A DNA stretch of 64,000 nucleotides from Ascoidea asiatica JCM 7603 (taxonomy: Eukaryota > Fungi > Ascomycota), in NCBI GenBank assembly GCA_001600695.1, contig BCKQ01000013.1, positions 377,996-441,995 on the forward strand, read 5' to 3'. The notes beneath the pieces were generated by a model. That model was not told where the DNA came from. It worked only from the letters and a program-made list of their open reading frames with translations, and did not search any database. This document shows, in pieces, positions 1 through 11,342 of the stretch (positions are counted from its first letter, which is position 1; each line of letters starts with the position of its first letter). Made by a program: the position numbers and the translations under genes.

Positions 1-2
1 GG

Positions 3-719
3 ATTGTGTTGCTTATAACTTTTCCAGATGAAAAGGGTAAACGTACAAAACTAGTTCAAATTAGAGTTGTTGATGAAAAATTTAGTTTTGTTCAATGGTA
101 TATTACTATAGTTTCTGTTGGTACTATATTATTATGGTGCTTGGCTCATCAACTAGAATCATTCTTTGGTGAAATGGGTGCAATTGCCATAATTCCTATG
201 GTTTTATTTTTTGGTACAGGACTTTTGACCTCCGAAGACTTCAATAACTTTCTTTGGACTATTGTAATGCTTGCAATGGGTGGTATAGCGTTAGGGAAAG
301 CAGTTTCGTCTTCAGGACTATTATCAACCATTGCCCTTACCATTCAATACTCAGTGAAAGATTTTCCTCTCTATGGTATATGTTTAATTTTTGGACTATT
401 AATTTTAGTTGTTGCTACTTTTGTGTCACATACTGTTGCTGCTTTAATTATTTTGCCATTAGTTAAGGAAATTGGAAATTCATTGCCTGAACCACATTCT
501 AGGTTATTGGTCATGATTTGTGCTCTTTTATGCTCAGGTGCAATGGGATTACCCACTTCTGGTTTCCCAAATGTGACTGCCATATGTATGACTGATGATC
601 TAGGCAAACCATATTTAAGTGTATCGACCTTCATCACTAGAGGTGTGCCAATATCCTTTTTTACATATACAATTGTGGTGACAGTAGGTTATTCTATTAT
701 GAGAATAATTAGTTTTTAA
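3..719 (+). CDS. PHO91: C-terminal part of low-affinity (vacuolar) phosphate transporter, SLC13/Na-sulfate symporter type; 5' end lies outside the window
   Basis: Open frame from window edge to TAA. Motifs LLTSEDFNNFLWTIVMLAMGG, ATFVSHTVAALII, AMGLPTSGFPNVTAI and FITRGVP match the Pho87/90/91 family; GLPTSGFPNVTA is the Pho91-type variant (from recall). Confidence 0.88.
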   Translation: MVLLITFPDEKGKRTKLVQIRVVDEKFSFVQWYITIVSVGTILLWCLAHQLESFFGEMGAIAIIPMVLFFGTGLLTSEDFNNFLWTIVMLAMGGIALGKAVSSSGLLSTIALTIQYSVKDFPLYGICLIFGLLILVVATFVSHTVAALIILPLVKEIGNSLPEPHSRLLVMICALLCSGAMGLPTSGFPNVTAICMTDDLGKPYLSVSTFITRGVPISFFTYTIVVTVGYSIMRIISF

Positions 720-1353
720 TTTCAACATTTGTTTTACTTTTGAATTTTTATGATTATCATTTTTATAAATGTTTGTATTTTCCTATAGACTTTCATTATT
801 TCTCTTTTATAACTTCCTATTTTTTTAAGGTGAGAAACTACTTTCCCTAATTTAATAATTTGAGAAGCCGGTAGAAACTAACTACTATATCATTATTTTT
901 TTAGATTGTATCTTTTATCAATGCATTTTCATTTTTTCAAAATCATACAAATGCGACTTTCACTCTATGGGCAATTAATATCAATATTCTGTTATTTTCA
1001 AAATGCCTATTCACTACTTTTCCAATGTAAAATTCGCTTTAAAAATCAAGGTTTATCTATTAAGAAGAAAACAAATTTAAAAGTATTAAGGTATAAAATA
1101 AGTAACTAAAGGTTTAAGAGACATCCAAAGAGTGACACCAGAAACGAATCAATGAAATATAAAAAAGAAAAAATTTTGCAGCCAAAAAAGTTTCATAAAC
1201 AAAAAATGTATCATAACGGTAAAAAAAAATCTTGAAAAGAAAATAATATAATAAAAAATAGTCGTCACTCATTGTGTTATTAACGAAAGCTTTCAACAGC
1301 ATGAAATAAATAAGAATTATCAAATCCAAAATAAAGAAAAGCTAATGTTTTCC

Positions 1354-3498
1354 TTAATGATTAACGGGAATAAAATTTCCAACTATGCAGCTGGGAATAT
1401 TATATCTATCTCTTCTAATTGTAAAGCTAAAGCAGCAAGATTTTTTTTTACGTCCATCCTTTGTTCTTAAATTGCAGCTTGTTAAGACAGCCTTTTGACC
1501 CTTATCAAAAGCTATTGCTCCATATTTTTCCCAAAAATTGACAGCACTCTCTTCGCTCATTAACTCATAAATAGTTAATTTTCCCTTTTTCAAATCATCC
1601 GTATGAACTTCAACAAGACTTGCAAATTCTTTGTTGCCTCTATATATTTCCCCTGTTCTTCTCCAAAGACATGCAGGAATTGCCATACTTGTAAAAACTC
1701 TATCATAATCTAATAACATGCGTTCAAAATTTTCTTCCACTATAACCAAATCTACATCTTTCAATGTTTTTGCGATAGCTCTAAATGCGGGTCTGAAAAT
1801 ACATAAAGGTTTTAAAATTCTTTGTCGGGATGACTGATTCATAAAATCGTCCATATAAGATTGCAACCTAGAGTAACCCTTTGCATAATTATATGGATGT
1901 AATAGACCAGCTTCCAACTTTGCATTAATAACTTCTTTTAGTCTTTCTTCAGGAGAAATTTCAACTGAAGGATCAGCAGCTGTAAGAAAAAACTGATTTT
2001 TAAAATTTTCATTTATTAAAGTTTGGCTTAACTTATTTTTTATTGAAGGCGAACTTTGTCTTTGATTCTCATTAGTAACTTCGTTTGTTTTATGAGAAAC
2101 GATACACATATTACTAACTTTCTGTTCCTCCAATTTTGATATACCCGAAGGAACCAGACGTTTTTCATTGTTCAAACCATATTGAGGATTTGTTTTAGAA
2201 TCTGTATTTTGCTCTATATTAGAGCTGGAGTTATTAATACTAAACCCATCACTTGGCCTATTGAAATTATTTGATAAGCCAGGATCATCGATCATTTTTA
2301 AAAATTCGTTAATAGAAGCAAATTCTGAATTGAGATGCTCAGAATAAAAGAAAGGCTGAAAAGAGTTTAAGTTACTAGAGATATTATCACTACTGTTGAG
2401 TATTCCTTTATAAGCGTATGAATTAAGGTAATTATCATTATTGTTATTACTATTATTTGAACATACATTAATGTTGTTTTCGGAATTACCGTTAAAGAAC
2501 TCATTCAATAAACTATTGGGAACTAGATTATTGATCGAATTACTCTGATTGAAAGATTGATACTTTCCTGCAGTGGGATCCTGATTTAGAGTTCTAATAA
2601 CTGATTGACCCATGGGTAGACCCATTATTTGATTCACAGATATACTCTGCGATTGACTTGCCAATATTTTGTTTGATTGGTCGAATGACAGAATGAATGG
2701 TTGACTTTCTGAAAAATGATCGATTGTAGACTCTTTAGAAATATCACCATCCATTAAGGTACTATCCTCATTCATATTAGACAAACCACTTTCATTCAAT
2801 ATATGTCGTTTTGAAGATCTGTTAGAGGTTCGAGAAGCATATAACCCATCTTGAGCATGTGAAGGACATATACCACCTGTATTTGACGCAAAGTTAATAT
2901 TGCTTACATTATGATTATCTTCTAATGAAGAGTCTAAATCAAGAGAAGGCGGGGCAGTTATAGTAGTAACAGACTGAGGTATGTTGAAAGTATTAGTTGG
3001 CTGAATATTATCAGTAGATTTTTGAGTATAATCTTTTGGAACACCTTCATTAGTATTACTAATTTCGGTGATTACTTTTGAATTATTAGCAGTTTTATAC
3101 AAAGTCATATCTTTAAAATCCGAATTTGAAAAAATCATTGATTTACTGTTACTCTTGATGAACGTCTTCTGTCTGGTACTAATTAACTCGTCATGACATA
3201 AATGCCCAATATTTCTTTTAAGACATCTTAAGCATGGCCTTTTATCTTCACATATCATATGGGATCTTCTACAATAAACACAAGCCATTTGCACTTTTCT
3301 TTTTTTCTTTTTAGAATTGCTTACGGATTTTCCCATGACTTTTGAAGTTTTGTCAGATTCTGACATTACAGCAGAATTGACTGAAAGAGATGATTTTAAA
3401 TTTAAAGAGACACAAGATGTCAAGGATTTATCTGTAATCTTGAATTCTGAGATAATACTCTCATTTTTACTATCTTTGAAAAAGTCTAATCTTTTCAT
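1354..3498 (-). CDS. RDS2: Zn(II)2Cys6 transcription factor with C-terminal PAS-like domain (Rds2 orthologue), ~714 aa from first ATG
   Basis: Intact ORF. Zn cluster CVYCRRSHMICEDKRPCLRCLKRNIGHLC; C-terminal FFLTAADPS..PEERLK.VINAKLEAGLL.PYNYAKGY...WEKYGAIAFDKGQKAVLTSC...FSFTIRRDRYNIP is characteristic of Rds2. The true start could be a downstream ATG. Confidence 0.9.
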   Translation of the reverse strand: MKRLDFFKDSKNESIISEFKITDKSLTSCVSLNLKSSLSVNSAVMSESDKTSKVMGKSVSNSKKKKRKVQMACVYCRRSHMICEDKRPCLRCLKRNIGHLCHDELISTRQKTFIKSNSKSMIFSNSDFKDMTLYKTANNSKVITEISNTNEGVPKDYTQKSTDNIQPTNTFNIPQSVTTITAPPSLDLDSSLEDNHNVSNINFASNTGGICPSHAQDGLYASRTSNRSSKRHILNESGLSNMNEDSTLMDGDISKESTIDHFSESQPFILSFDQSNKILASQSQSISVNQIMGLPMGQSVIRTLNQDPTAGKYQSFNQSNSINNLVPNSLLNEFFNGNSENNINVCSNNSNNNNDNYLNSYAYKGILNSSDNISSNLNSFQPFFYSEHLNSEFASINEFLKMIDDPGLSNNFNRPSDGFSINNSSSNIEQNTDSKTNPQYGLNNEKRLVPSGISKLEEQKVSNMCIVSHKTNEVTNENQRQSSPSIKNKLSQTLINENFKNQFFLTAADPSVEISPEERLKEVINAKLEAGLLHPYNYAKGYSRLQSYMDDFMNQSSRQRILKPLCIFRPAFRAIAKTLKDVDLVIVEENFERMLLDYDRVFTSMAIPACLWRRTGEIYRGNKEFASLVEVHTDDLKKGKLTIYELMSEESAVNFWEKYGAIAFDKGQKAVLTSCNLRTKDGRKKKSCCFSFTIRRDRYNIPSCIVGNFIPVNH

Positions 3499-6091
3499 TT
3501 TTTTTTTGAGCAATTTGAATTACCTTTCTATGAAACAGCACTGCAAGTCTTTAACACATCAAACAAAAGTGTAGATATATTTACTACCAAAACACAGGGG
3601 TCATTAGTTCTGTCTTTAGAGCAGATTCAAAATTGAGTGAGCTAATATTTAACCAGTTTAAGGTGATGAACAGCAACTAGGGAAATATAATCACACTATG
3701 TAAGGATTAGTACAATATCCACCAAATGAATGCACAAATTTTTATTAAAAGCTAAGCTTTACAAAACACAATCATAACTTTTTTGCAAGAGGTCCTAAAG
3801 AACTTCAGTCTCAGACTCAATAACAAAAATCTCTAATTTCTGGTAAACATATGTTAATACATTCGAAAACTGTAGCTCCAAATTAAAGTAATTTTTCTCC
3901 AAGACACGTGATAAACTTTTTAGAAGCTATTAGCCTAAGGCACCATCAATTATTCCACACTTTTATGCACGGTTGGGGTAAAATGAGGTGTGCGTGATGC
4001 TGCATTAATACTTACCCTGCTTCTACATCTAAAAAAATATGTCATTATTATTAAAAAGATATCACACTCAAATTATAAACACTTGATAATTAAAACATAA
4101 AATTTATAAACGTTTTATTGAACGTACGGGACACGTTGACAGAAACGGCTCTTGAAACATTTATGACCTCATCAACTACAATAGACAATTAGGGTAATTT
4201 TTTAAAGAATTTTATTTTATTTTTAATAAAAAGTTACCTCCTTATTTTTTAATTTTTTAATAATTTGTTTTTATTTTTTTGCCATTTTTGTAATACATAT
4301 TTGGATCACTTGCATATAGGATACTGCATCAGTGATTTATTTTTATTTTTCAATACTTTTTTGTACCCCAAAAATGTATTTTTAGATACATTTTTGTGTT
4401 AGTTTTAGTATTATCATACACTTTTGGGTTACCTTATAATCCCACAATAATGCCGTGTTTCATTTTGTTTTCATGATACATATTGTCATCATTATCCCAG
4501 CGGTTTACATTTTGAATATGTTATTGTACTGTTGTGATACAGTGTTGTATTATTGTCAACTTTTATGAAAAGTAATTAAGTTCAGATTTACTCTGTGTTC
4601 TTTTTTTTTTAAATGTTATTCTTATTATCAAATCAATTTTTACACATAAATTAATGGAAGGATTGCATCATCTACCTCAGTCATTCGCATTCAAGTTTGG
4701 AAAACATGATGTCCACTAGTCACATATTGCTCCAGAATTTCACATTTACATTGGGATGTTAATGAGACTTTGATTCATAGCTTTGCGTTTTCAATTCAAA
4801 CCATTTGTTTAACTCGCATAACCGATAGCGGCAATAATTCCCCTATCACATGTTCGTTTGTCAATGTTGACTTATGAGGTTCGACTGAAGATAATTTCTT
4901 TTCATATAAAGGAAAAATCACATTTGATTAAACTATTAAAAATGTAAAGTTTGATTAAATTATTTTCGTCCCGCTAAAATTGAAATGCTTAAGACTAACA
5001 TATATAGTTCAATTATTTATTTTCCTTTCGATCGTCATATTCAATCAACAAAGTTTATATTTATTTCGCATTCAATTTTACTTCCAGCCAGTCAATATCA
5101 ATTAAATTATCAAAAACAAATTCCCGGAACTATTTTTGAATCGTCCTAGAAACACATGAATATAACAGATAATCAAATATTAATTCACATTATCATTGAT
5201 CATCATCAAAACTCAATAATCTTGGAGCAGCACAATGGAGCTAGGAATTATTACTCAAAAAGGTATTACGTCATCAATTTATAATATTGTCAAAAATGAA
5301 CTGGAGGAAGAAATACGATTCCTTAGCCGTCCTCCCCGTATTACGGTATACAAAATTTAAATAATAAAATTTACAATAGGAAAGCCAAATCCGAAATTGG
5401 AAAAATTTTAATTCATCCAACAAAGTAAACTGATAATGTTTTTCACATTTTTTTTGTTGAATCCAATGGACAGGTTCTATGAAAATTGAGTAATGTAGCA
5501 AAATTAAAGGTAAGTATCATAACATTTCCACCCGAGGTTCGAAAAGATATTTCCTAAATTTTATTTAGTAATTGAGGTTTCAGTAGAATCTGATTCAGAT
5601 GAGCTTATTATGGTAAATTAAATTAATTTTCTATTTGTTTCTACTTCTTTTTTGTTTATTATTATTTATTAATATTTATTACTATTTATTACTATTTATT
5701 ATTATTCATTATTATTTATCACTATATACTACATTGTTTTTTATATAAATATGCCCAAAATATCTTTTTTTTTTATTTCAACTTTAGTTTTATTTTTATA
5801 AGGTTACCAATTCTTTATTCTTAATAAATATTAAATTGTTTTTTAAGTGAATATCAGTGGTTATATTTTTATTAATATACATCCATAGCCAGTGTTTAAA
5901 AGTTAGGTTAAGATATAACCTAACTTTTAGACTGCTAAAATTCATAACTTCATCCACCTAACTTTTCACGTGCCTAAAAAAAATTGCTAAGAACGACTTC
6001 GAACGCTCTCAATCACTCGCTCAGCTGAAAGTGATTGCCACCACGTCATATCCTAACCAACAAATAAAAAGCAAAAAGCTTCATTTATAAA

Positions 6092-6197
6092 GCAAAAAAA
6101 AGCCAAAAAAAAAGAAAGCCACTAACGGGAGGTCGAATCATACACTCCCACCTAGCGGCCGCTCCTTGCCACTACACTAAGGAACGGTTTACTGAAA
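6092..6197 (-). promoter_or_regulatory. tRNA-like Pol III cassette in left hAT arm (A box, B box, oligo-T), facing outward
   Basis: Minus strand reads CCTTAGTGTAGTGGCAAGGAGC...GGGAGTGTATGATTCGACCTCCCG...TTTTTTTTT; inverted copy at 8746-8862. Confidence 0.6.
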
Positions 6198-6385
6198 TCA
6201 CAAAAAGATTCCAGTGCTTCAGCCATAGAAAGTCACATGTTCAAAAGCGAAATCTATAGATTCAAATATTTTTGTTGCCATTGTTTTTAATAAAATAGTG
6301 TTATTTATATTAATAATCTAATATAGAAGCTACGATTTTTTTCAAAGTAAAAATCAAGCTACTTATTACTAATTCCTCTATTCAA

Positions 6386-8519
6386 ATGGCCCAATGGATT
6401 TACCAAAATTTCACCAAAAAAAATTACGAAAGATCAGAGCTTCCACAAAAGTTTACTGATCAAAAACCATCCTCAATTTTTAAGTTCAAATGTGGCTCGT
6501 GGCAAATAAATTATTTTGTAAACAGTTCTGTTGGGTATCAAGCTCCCATCAAACATGCAAAAGCTAGGCATAAAATCAGAAAATCATCTCCTCAAACAAT
6601 TCAAAATAACCAAACTTATTTTCAATTATCAACAGCAGTTGCAGAATCAACTAAAATTGCACAATTTAATGGGATATGATTTTTAGAAAATAAAATTACT
6701 CAAACATCCGAAATAAAATTAAAAGAATATCTCCATCCCAAAGAGCAATTTGAAAAGGTTATTGTTAATATTTTTGCACAATGTCATCTTTCATTCAACA
6801 TAGCAAATCATGACTACTCCAAAAATATTTTGGAATTTTGTGGTTGTCCTTTTAAGGTATCTTTCTATAAGTTATCAAAACTTATTATAGACAGTACGAA
6901 TTTGATATAGCCAATTAGAAAAATATCATATCAAATGTTGATGGCATTTCTTTAACAACGGATCTTTGGACTTGTCCTTCCAAAACGTCAATGTTAGGTG
7001 TAACAATGCACTTCTTAAATAGTAAACTAAAATCAAAAAAGTTTATTATTGGTTTTAAAAAATTTCATGGTCCACATTCAGGTGCCAATATTGGTGATGA
7101 AATCAAGAGGATAATGATTAATTTTGGTTTAGAAAAAAAATTGGTTATTATTACCGATGATAATGCTTGTAATTATTCTTTAATGTGTAGTTCTATTGAC
7201 AAATTTCTAACTTCTGAAGGTTCGAGCTCTTCTATTGCAGCGTTTCTAAGATCGCTGAATAATGGCTCAGTTAGTATTAGATGCTTAAGTCATATTATTA
7301 ATTTGGTTGGTTCTGATGGCTGTAAAAAATTGTTTGAAGATCATATCACTGAATTTCAAAATGGTGGTGGAGAAGTTAATTCTTTGTTTTCCAATTTAAA
7401 TGCCGAAGAAGTAGAATCTGAAAAAGCTATAGAATCAATTTCTACAGTTGAATCACTACTTCAAAAAGCCAAATATCTAATTAACAACATTTTGAAGAGT
7501 CCACAATCAATTGAAAAATTTGAAGAGATAGTAGAATCTATTTATGATGGTACTAGCAAATCCTGTGGGTGACTTGCAATTGGCAAGAGAAGATGGAATT
7601 CAATTTATTTATCATTCCAGAGATTTTGTGTTTTCAAAGAAGCTTTTATTGAATTTGCTGCACAAAATTCAAATGATTATCAGCTTTATGATTCTGACAA
7701 TAAAAACATTAAACAACTGACAATAAAAACATTACACAATTGTTTGAGGTATTGAAACCATTTTATAATGTAGCAATGGATATCTCTTATGATAAAATCT
7801 CCATTCATCAAAACAATAGCATTTTGGATCATTTAAAAAGACATCTTGTAAATTGAGATCTTATAATGCAGATGAACATTTTTTACTTAGTTCAGTCAGC
7901 ACTATTTACAAACAAATTAGAAAGTATAATAGTGAATTGGTAACAGAAAATTATTTGCTTGGTTTAGCATATATGTTAGCTGGAGTTGGATCAATTGAAG
8001 AATTTGCTGCTGATAAAAAAGATATGTATAACTATCTTTTAGAAAATTCAAAAGAGTTAATTAGATCAATTCCAGACTAAAAGTTTGCTGAAAGCTCTAG
8101 TATGCTGTCAAGATTGAATTCATTAAATTTTACAGGAAAGCCTATTACTCAAAAAGCTCGCAATTTTAATGAGGTTGATGTTTTTATTGCTGCTGTCGGT
8201 TTTCGTGAACAAGGACCAATTTTTTACCAAAGTCCAGAAATTTTCTGGAAAGAAAATAGAGCTAGATTTCCAAAGTTATTTAAAATTGCCAGAGTAATTT
8301 TTGCTGTTCAAGGTAGTAGTGTTGGAAGTGAGCGGTTGTTTAGTTCTGATTGAATGGTGTACAATTACTTGAGAAATAGTGCTTGCTGTTGAAAAAGCTG
8401 AAAAATTAATTGAAATTTGTATTTCTTCAAAATGAAACTTTGAGGAAGATATTGAGTGGGAAGATTCTGAATCAGAAAATAATACTGACTATGAATTTGA
8501 TATGTCATTTGAAATTTAG
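6386..8519 (+). pseudogene. hAT transposase pseudogene (stops and frameshifts)
   Basis: Across frames: SLTTDLWT (first catalytic D), ITDDNACN, RCLSHIINL (CxxH), RRWNS, and the dimerisation domain FWKENRARFPKLFKIARVIFAVQGSSVGSERLFS. Confidence 0.92.
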
Positions 8520-8745
8520 GTTTGCTTTTACAATCTTATTGAGCTGTTAATTGATTTTATCTTTTTTATTATTTTTGCCTTTTTTTTTTTTTGTTTTAGT
8601 TTTTAAATTATTTTTTAATTAGGTTATAGCTTTATAATAAATGTTTTTTTCGTTCAAATAAATGTTTATCTTTAGTTTAAATTGGTATATGGACCTATCG
8701 TTACCGAGCTGGTAAATCTGGTTTTAAATGTTTTTAATTGTTAAG

Positions 8746-8862
8746 GATTTTAGCAATTCGTCCCTTAGTGTAGTGGCAAGGAGCACCAGGTGGTGCGGGG
8801 GGGGGGGGGGGTGTACGGTTCGAGCTCCCGTTATCAGTTTTTCTTTTTTTGGCTTTTTTTTG
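8746..8862 (+). promoter_or_regulatory. tRNA-like Pol III cassette in right hAT arm (inverted repeat of 6092-6197), facing outward
   Basis: CCTTAGTGTAGTGGCAAGGAGC (22/22 identical to left arm), GGTTCGAGCTCC B-box, then T-runs. Confidence 0.62.
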
Positions 8863-8900
8863 GAGTATGTTATGCTGGAAGGTTTTCCCGCTTCGGCGAT

Positions 8901-8965
8901 CTACAGGTGGCCCAGTGGATTAGTCTTCGTTTAACGAAGAACTGATTTGGTTTCGAATCGTGATT
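8901..8965 (+). promoter_or_regulatory. Second tRNA-like unit in right hAT arm
   Basis: Consensus A box TGGCCCAGTGG (8908-8918), hairpin TCTTCGT-TTA-ACGAAGA at an anticodon-arm-like position, B-box-like GGTTTCGAATCG (8949-8960). No acceptor stem seen. Confidence 0.45.
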
Positions 8966-9249
8966 GAGGAAAAAAAAGTTGAACAGGTGAGATGTTTCTC
9001 ACTTTTCCTAGCTTTTTTGAAAAGTGGCCTGAAATTCCTGACTTTTTTAGGGGGGTTAGAAAAATTAAAAAACACTAGACATAATTGCCTTTTTAATATT
9101 GTTAGTGAGCTACGGAAAGAAAGGGTATGGCTTCGAAAAAAAAATTTTAAAACTACACTACAAGCATTGATGTAAATAGGTGGTCGACAATACTTTAAAT
9201 TATACTCTTGTTTTGACTTGTTGTATAACTCGCAACAATCCTACTCAGC

Positions 9250-11050
9250 CAATACCATAATCAATATTACCAAGTGTCGGCGAGTTAATAAATACCTGCT
9301 CAAAATGCTTACTATCAAAAACCAAAGGTACACCCAACGAAGTATAACAAACAAAAGGCGGTGATGCAAAAATTTAGATTTCTCTATTTAATTTTACTAT
9401 TAAATATATTGATTCAAAATCTTTTTTTGTTTATTGAGTTTTAAGTCTAAAAATTAATCAAAAATCTGCTTAATTTACATGATAATTTGAAATAATAAAA
9501 AAAGAAATCTATAAGTATTTATAAAGATTTTGAAGCCATACATTTGCCCAAAAGTAAGTGTTGCAATTGTAGCAAAAGTAATCAGGAAGAGAATTGGTGA
9601 AATTGTAAAATTGTGAAATGTAATAATAAAAAATAATTTTCAAATTGTCAAATTAACCATTATTGTTTAAACATAAAAATAGATAAAAATAAAACAAGAT
9701 ATTAATTAGTTAAAGATAGAACAGAATTGTAATTACTATATACAAAATATGAAGTTTCAATAGTCTTCAATGTAAAATTATAGCATGTTGCATTAATTAA
9801 AGGAAATCCTTTTTTTTTTATTTTTAATTATATTTTGCAAAACGAATTTAATTGAAGTTGTAATTGCTTGATTTGGATTGAAGACTTCTTTTTTGCTGAC
9901 ATGATAGATCGTTTTGTATTGAAGTTTATAAGAATAAATATTTTTCTTCATATTGTGAGTAAATGCTGGAAGCGGAGTACCATTCTGTCCATTTGAAACA
10001 AAATTTTAATGAGCAATATTAAAGGTAACATTATTTTCTTGGAAATAATTAAAAAAAGTTTTGATTCTTTCATTATTGCTGAACTCATTTTTAATTGATT
10101 TAATATTTTTTCACCTCTATTTGTTTAAAGTTTTGAATAAATAATATATTTGAAATCATAATTGAAACCATTTGAAAATAACTGGTATTTGTAAATGAAT
10201 ACTTTCCTGATCTTGATGCTTGACATTATAAATAAGAAATTGAAAAGTTAAAGAAAAATTATGAAATGAAAGTTTATTTAATTGGGGATTATAATTTTTT
10301 AGTTTAATAGATTGAAGTTTAATTTGTTTACAAAAAGATCTTGATAATTGTTTATAAATGTTTTGAACTAAAGGATCTTGAAATTGAAAATTGAGTAATT
10401 CAAGTTAATTTTTATAAACTTTAATAATAAAATTAGTATTAAAAGATACTTATAATATCTCTGATTGCATCCCAGTGGTAATACAATTAGCTAAAAAAAC
10501 CTTCAATATTTGATTCCTAAATAGAGCTTTTGAAGAGATTAAAAGTTTATTATCCTGTTGAAGAATTTTGAATATAATTTGTGATGTTGAAGAAATAAAA
10601 TCTTGTTCTTGTAGACCTGATGTAAAAGTTTCTTGATTATTTATTAAACAATTTGCTGAATCTGGTTGAGAAGAATCTGAATCACTAATATCAATAATTG
10701 TAAGCTTATGGAAAAGAATAATTTAATTTGATTGAATAATATAGAATATAAAAGAAAATATAATTGAAAATATGTGAAATTCAGCTTTAATTTTATGGAC
10801 TAAATTACTGAACATTGGTAATAATGGTTGTTTTTGCGAGAGGCCTAATTGTTGGATTTTGAGCCTGAAAACTTGACCAAAAAGGAGAAATTATTGATTT
10901 TGGGGAGATATTCTGTGAAAATAACAGATGAATTTGAAGAAAGGTTTACTCGGAGGAGATGCATAAAGATGCTGGTAATTTGATAAAAAAATTTAAGAGA
11001 GTTAAATGATAGGCTGGGACTGAGTATATACGGAAACTGAAACCGTCGAC
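9250..11050 (-). mobile_element. Unclassified repeat 'family A', decayed copy
   Basis: 5' motif GACGGTTTCAGTTTCCGTA (11030-11048 rc); relic peptide IPVIF/NGFNYDFKYIIYS and C-terminal LPDYFCYNCN; 3' motif CTTGGTAATATTGA (9261-9274 rc). Confidence 0.5.
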
Positions 11051-11342
11051 GGATAAAGGAGAAATAGACGTAAGTGATTTCAATTTAATTTGAATCGCTT
11101 CCTTACATCCTCCATAATTCTCCCTCCAAATAAATTAACCATTACTTATAAAATATCTTATAGAGATCAGGGTACACATTTTTTCACAGTTCGCAAAACC
11201 AGCAACACCAAGCAAAACAGATTAACAACGTATAACGACTGTTTTCCTATCCTTTTAATTCAAGGATCGGTGCCTCCCACTTTACGAGCATTTAGTGGTC
11301 TAAACGAGCTTTGGCCGTTAGGAAAACACAAGGGGACATTAA

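Larger units (their letters stand above)
5890..9077 (+). mobile_element. hAT DNA transposon (copy 1), full-length but decayed
   Basis: Termini CAGTGTTT (5890) and AAACACTA (9077) form a short imperfect TIR of hAT type around a transposase relic. Candidate 8-bp flanks TCCATAGC/GACATAAT match only 4/8. Confidence 0.8.

Noticed and set aside
3-719. No CTG codons in the PHO91 fragment as evidence of CUG reassignment
   Set aside because: Sample too small in such an AT-rich genome.
906-1329. Short ORFs between PHO91 and RDS2, and the other 60-100-aa ORF-track entries
   Set aside because: Non-ATG starts, low-complexity AT-rich translations or antisense overlaps; no independent coding support.
8756-8840. 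Functional tRNA gene
   Set aside because: A and B boxes are present, but there is no acceptor-stem pairing, a poly-G run interrupts the body, and it is part of a transposon inverted repeat; reported only as tRNA-like.
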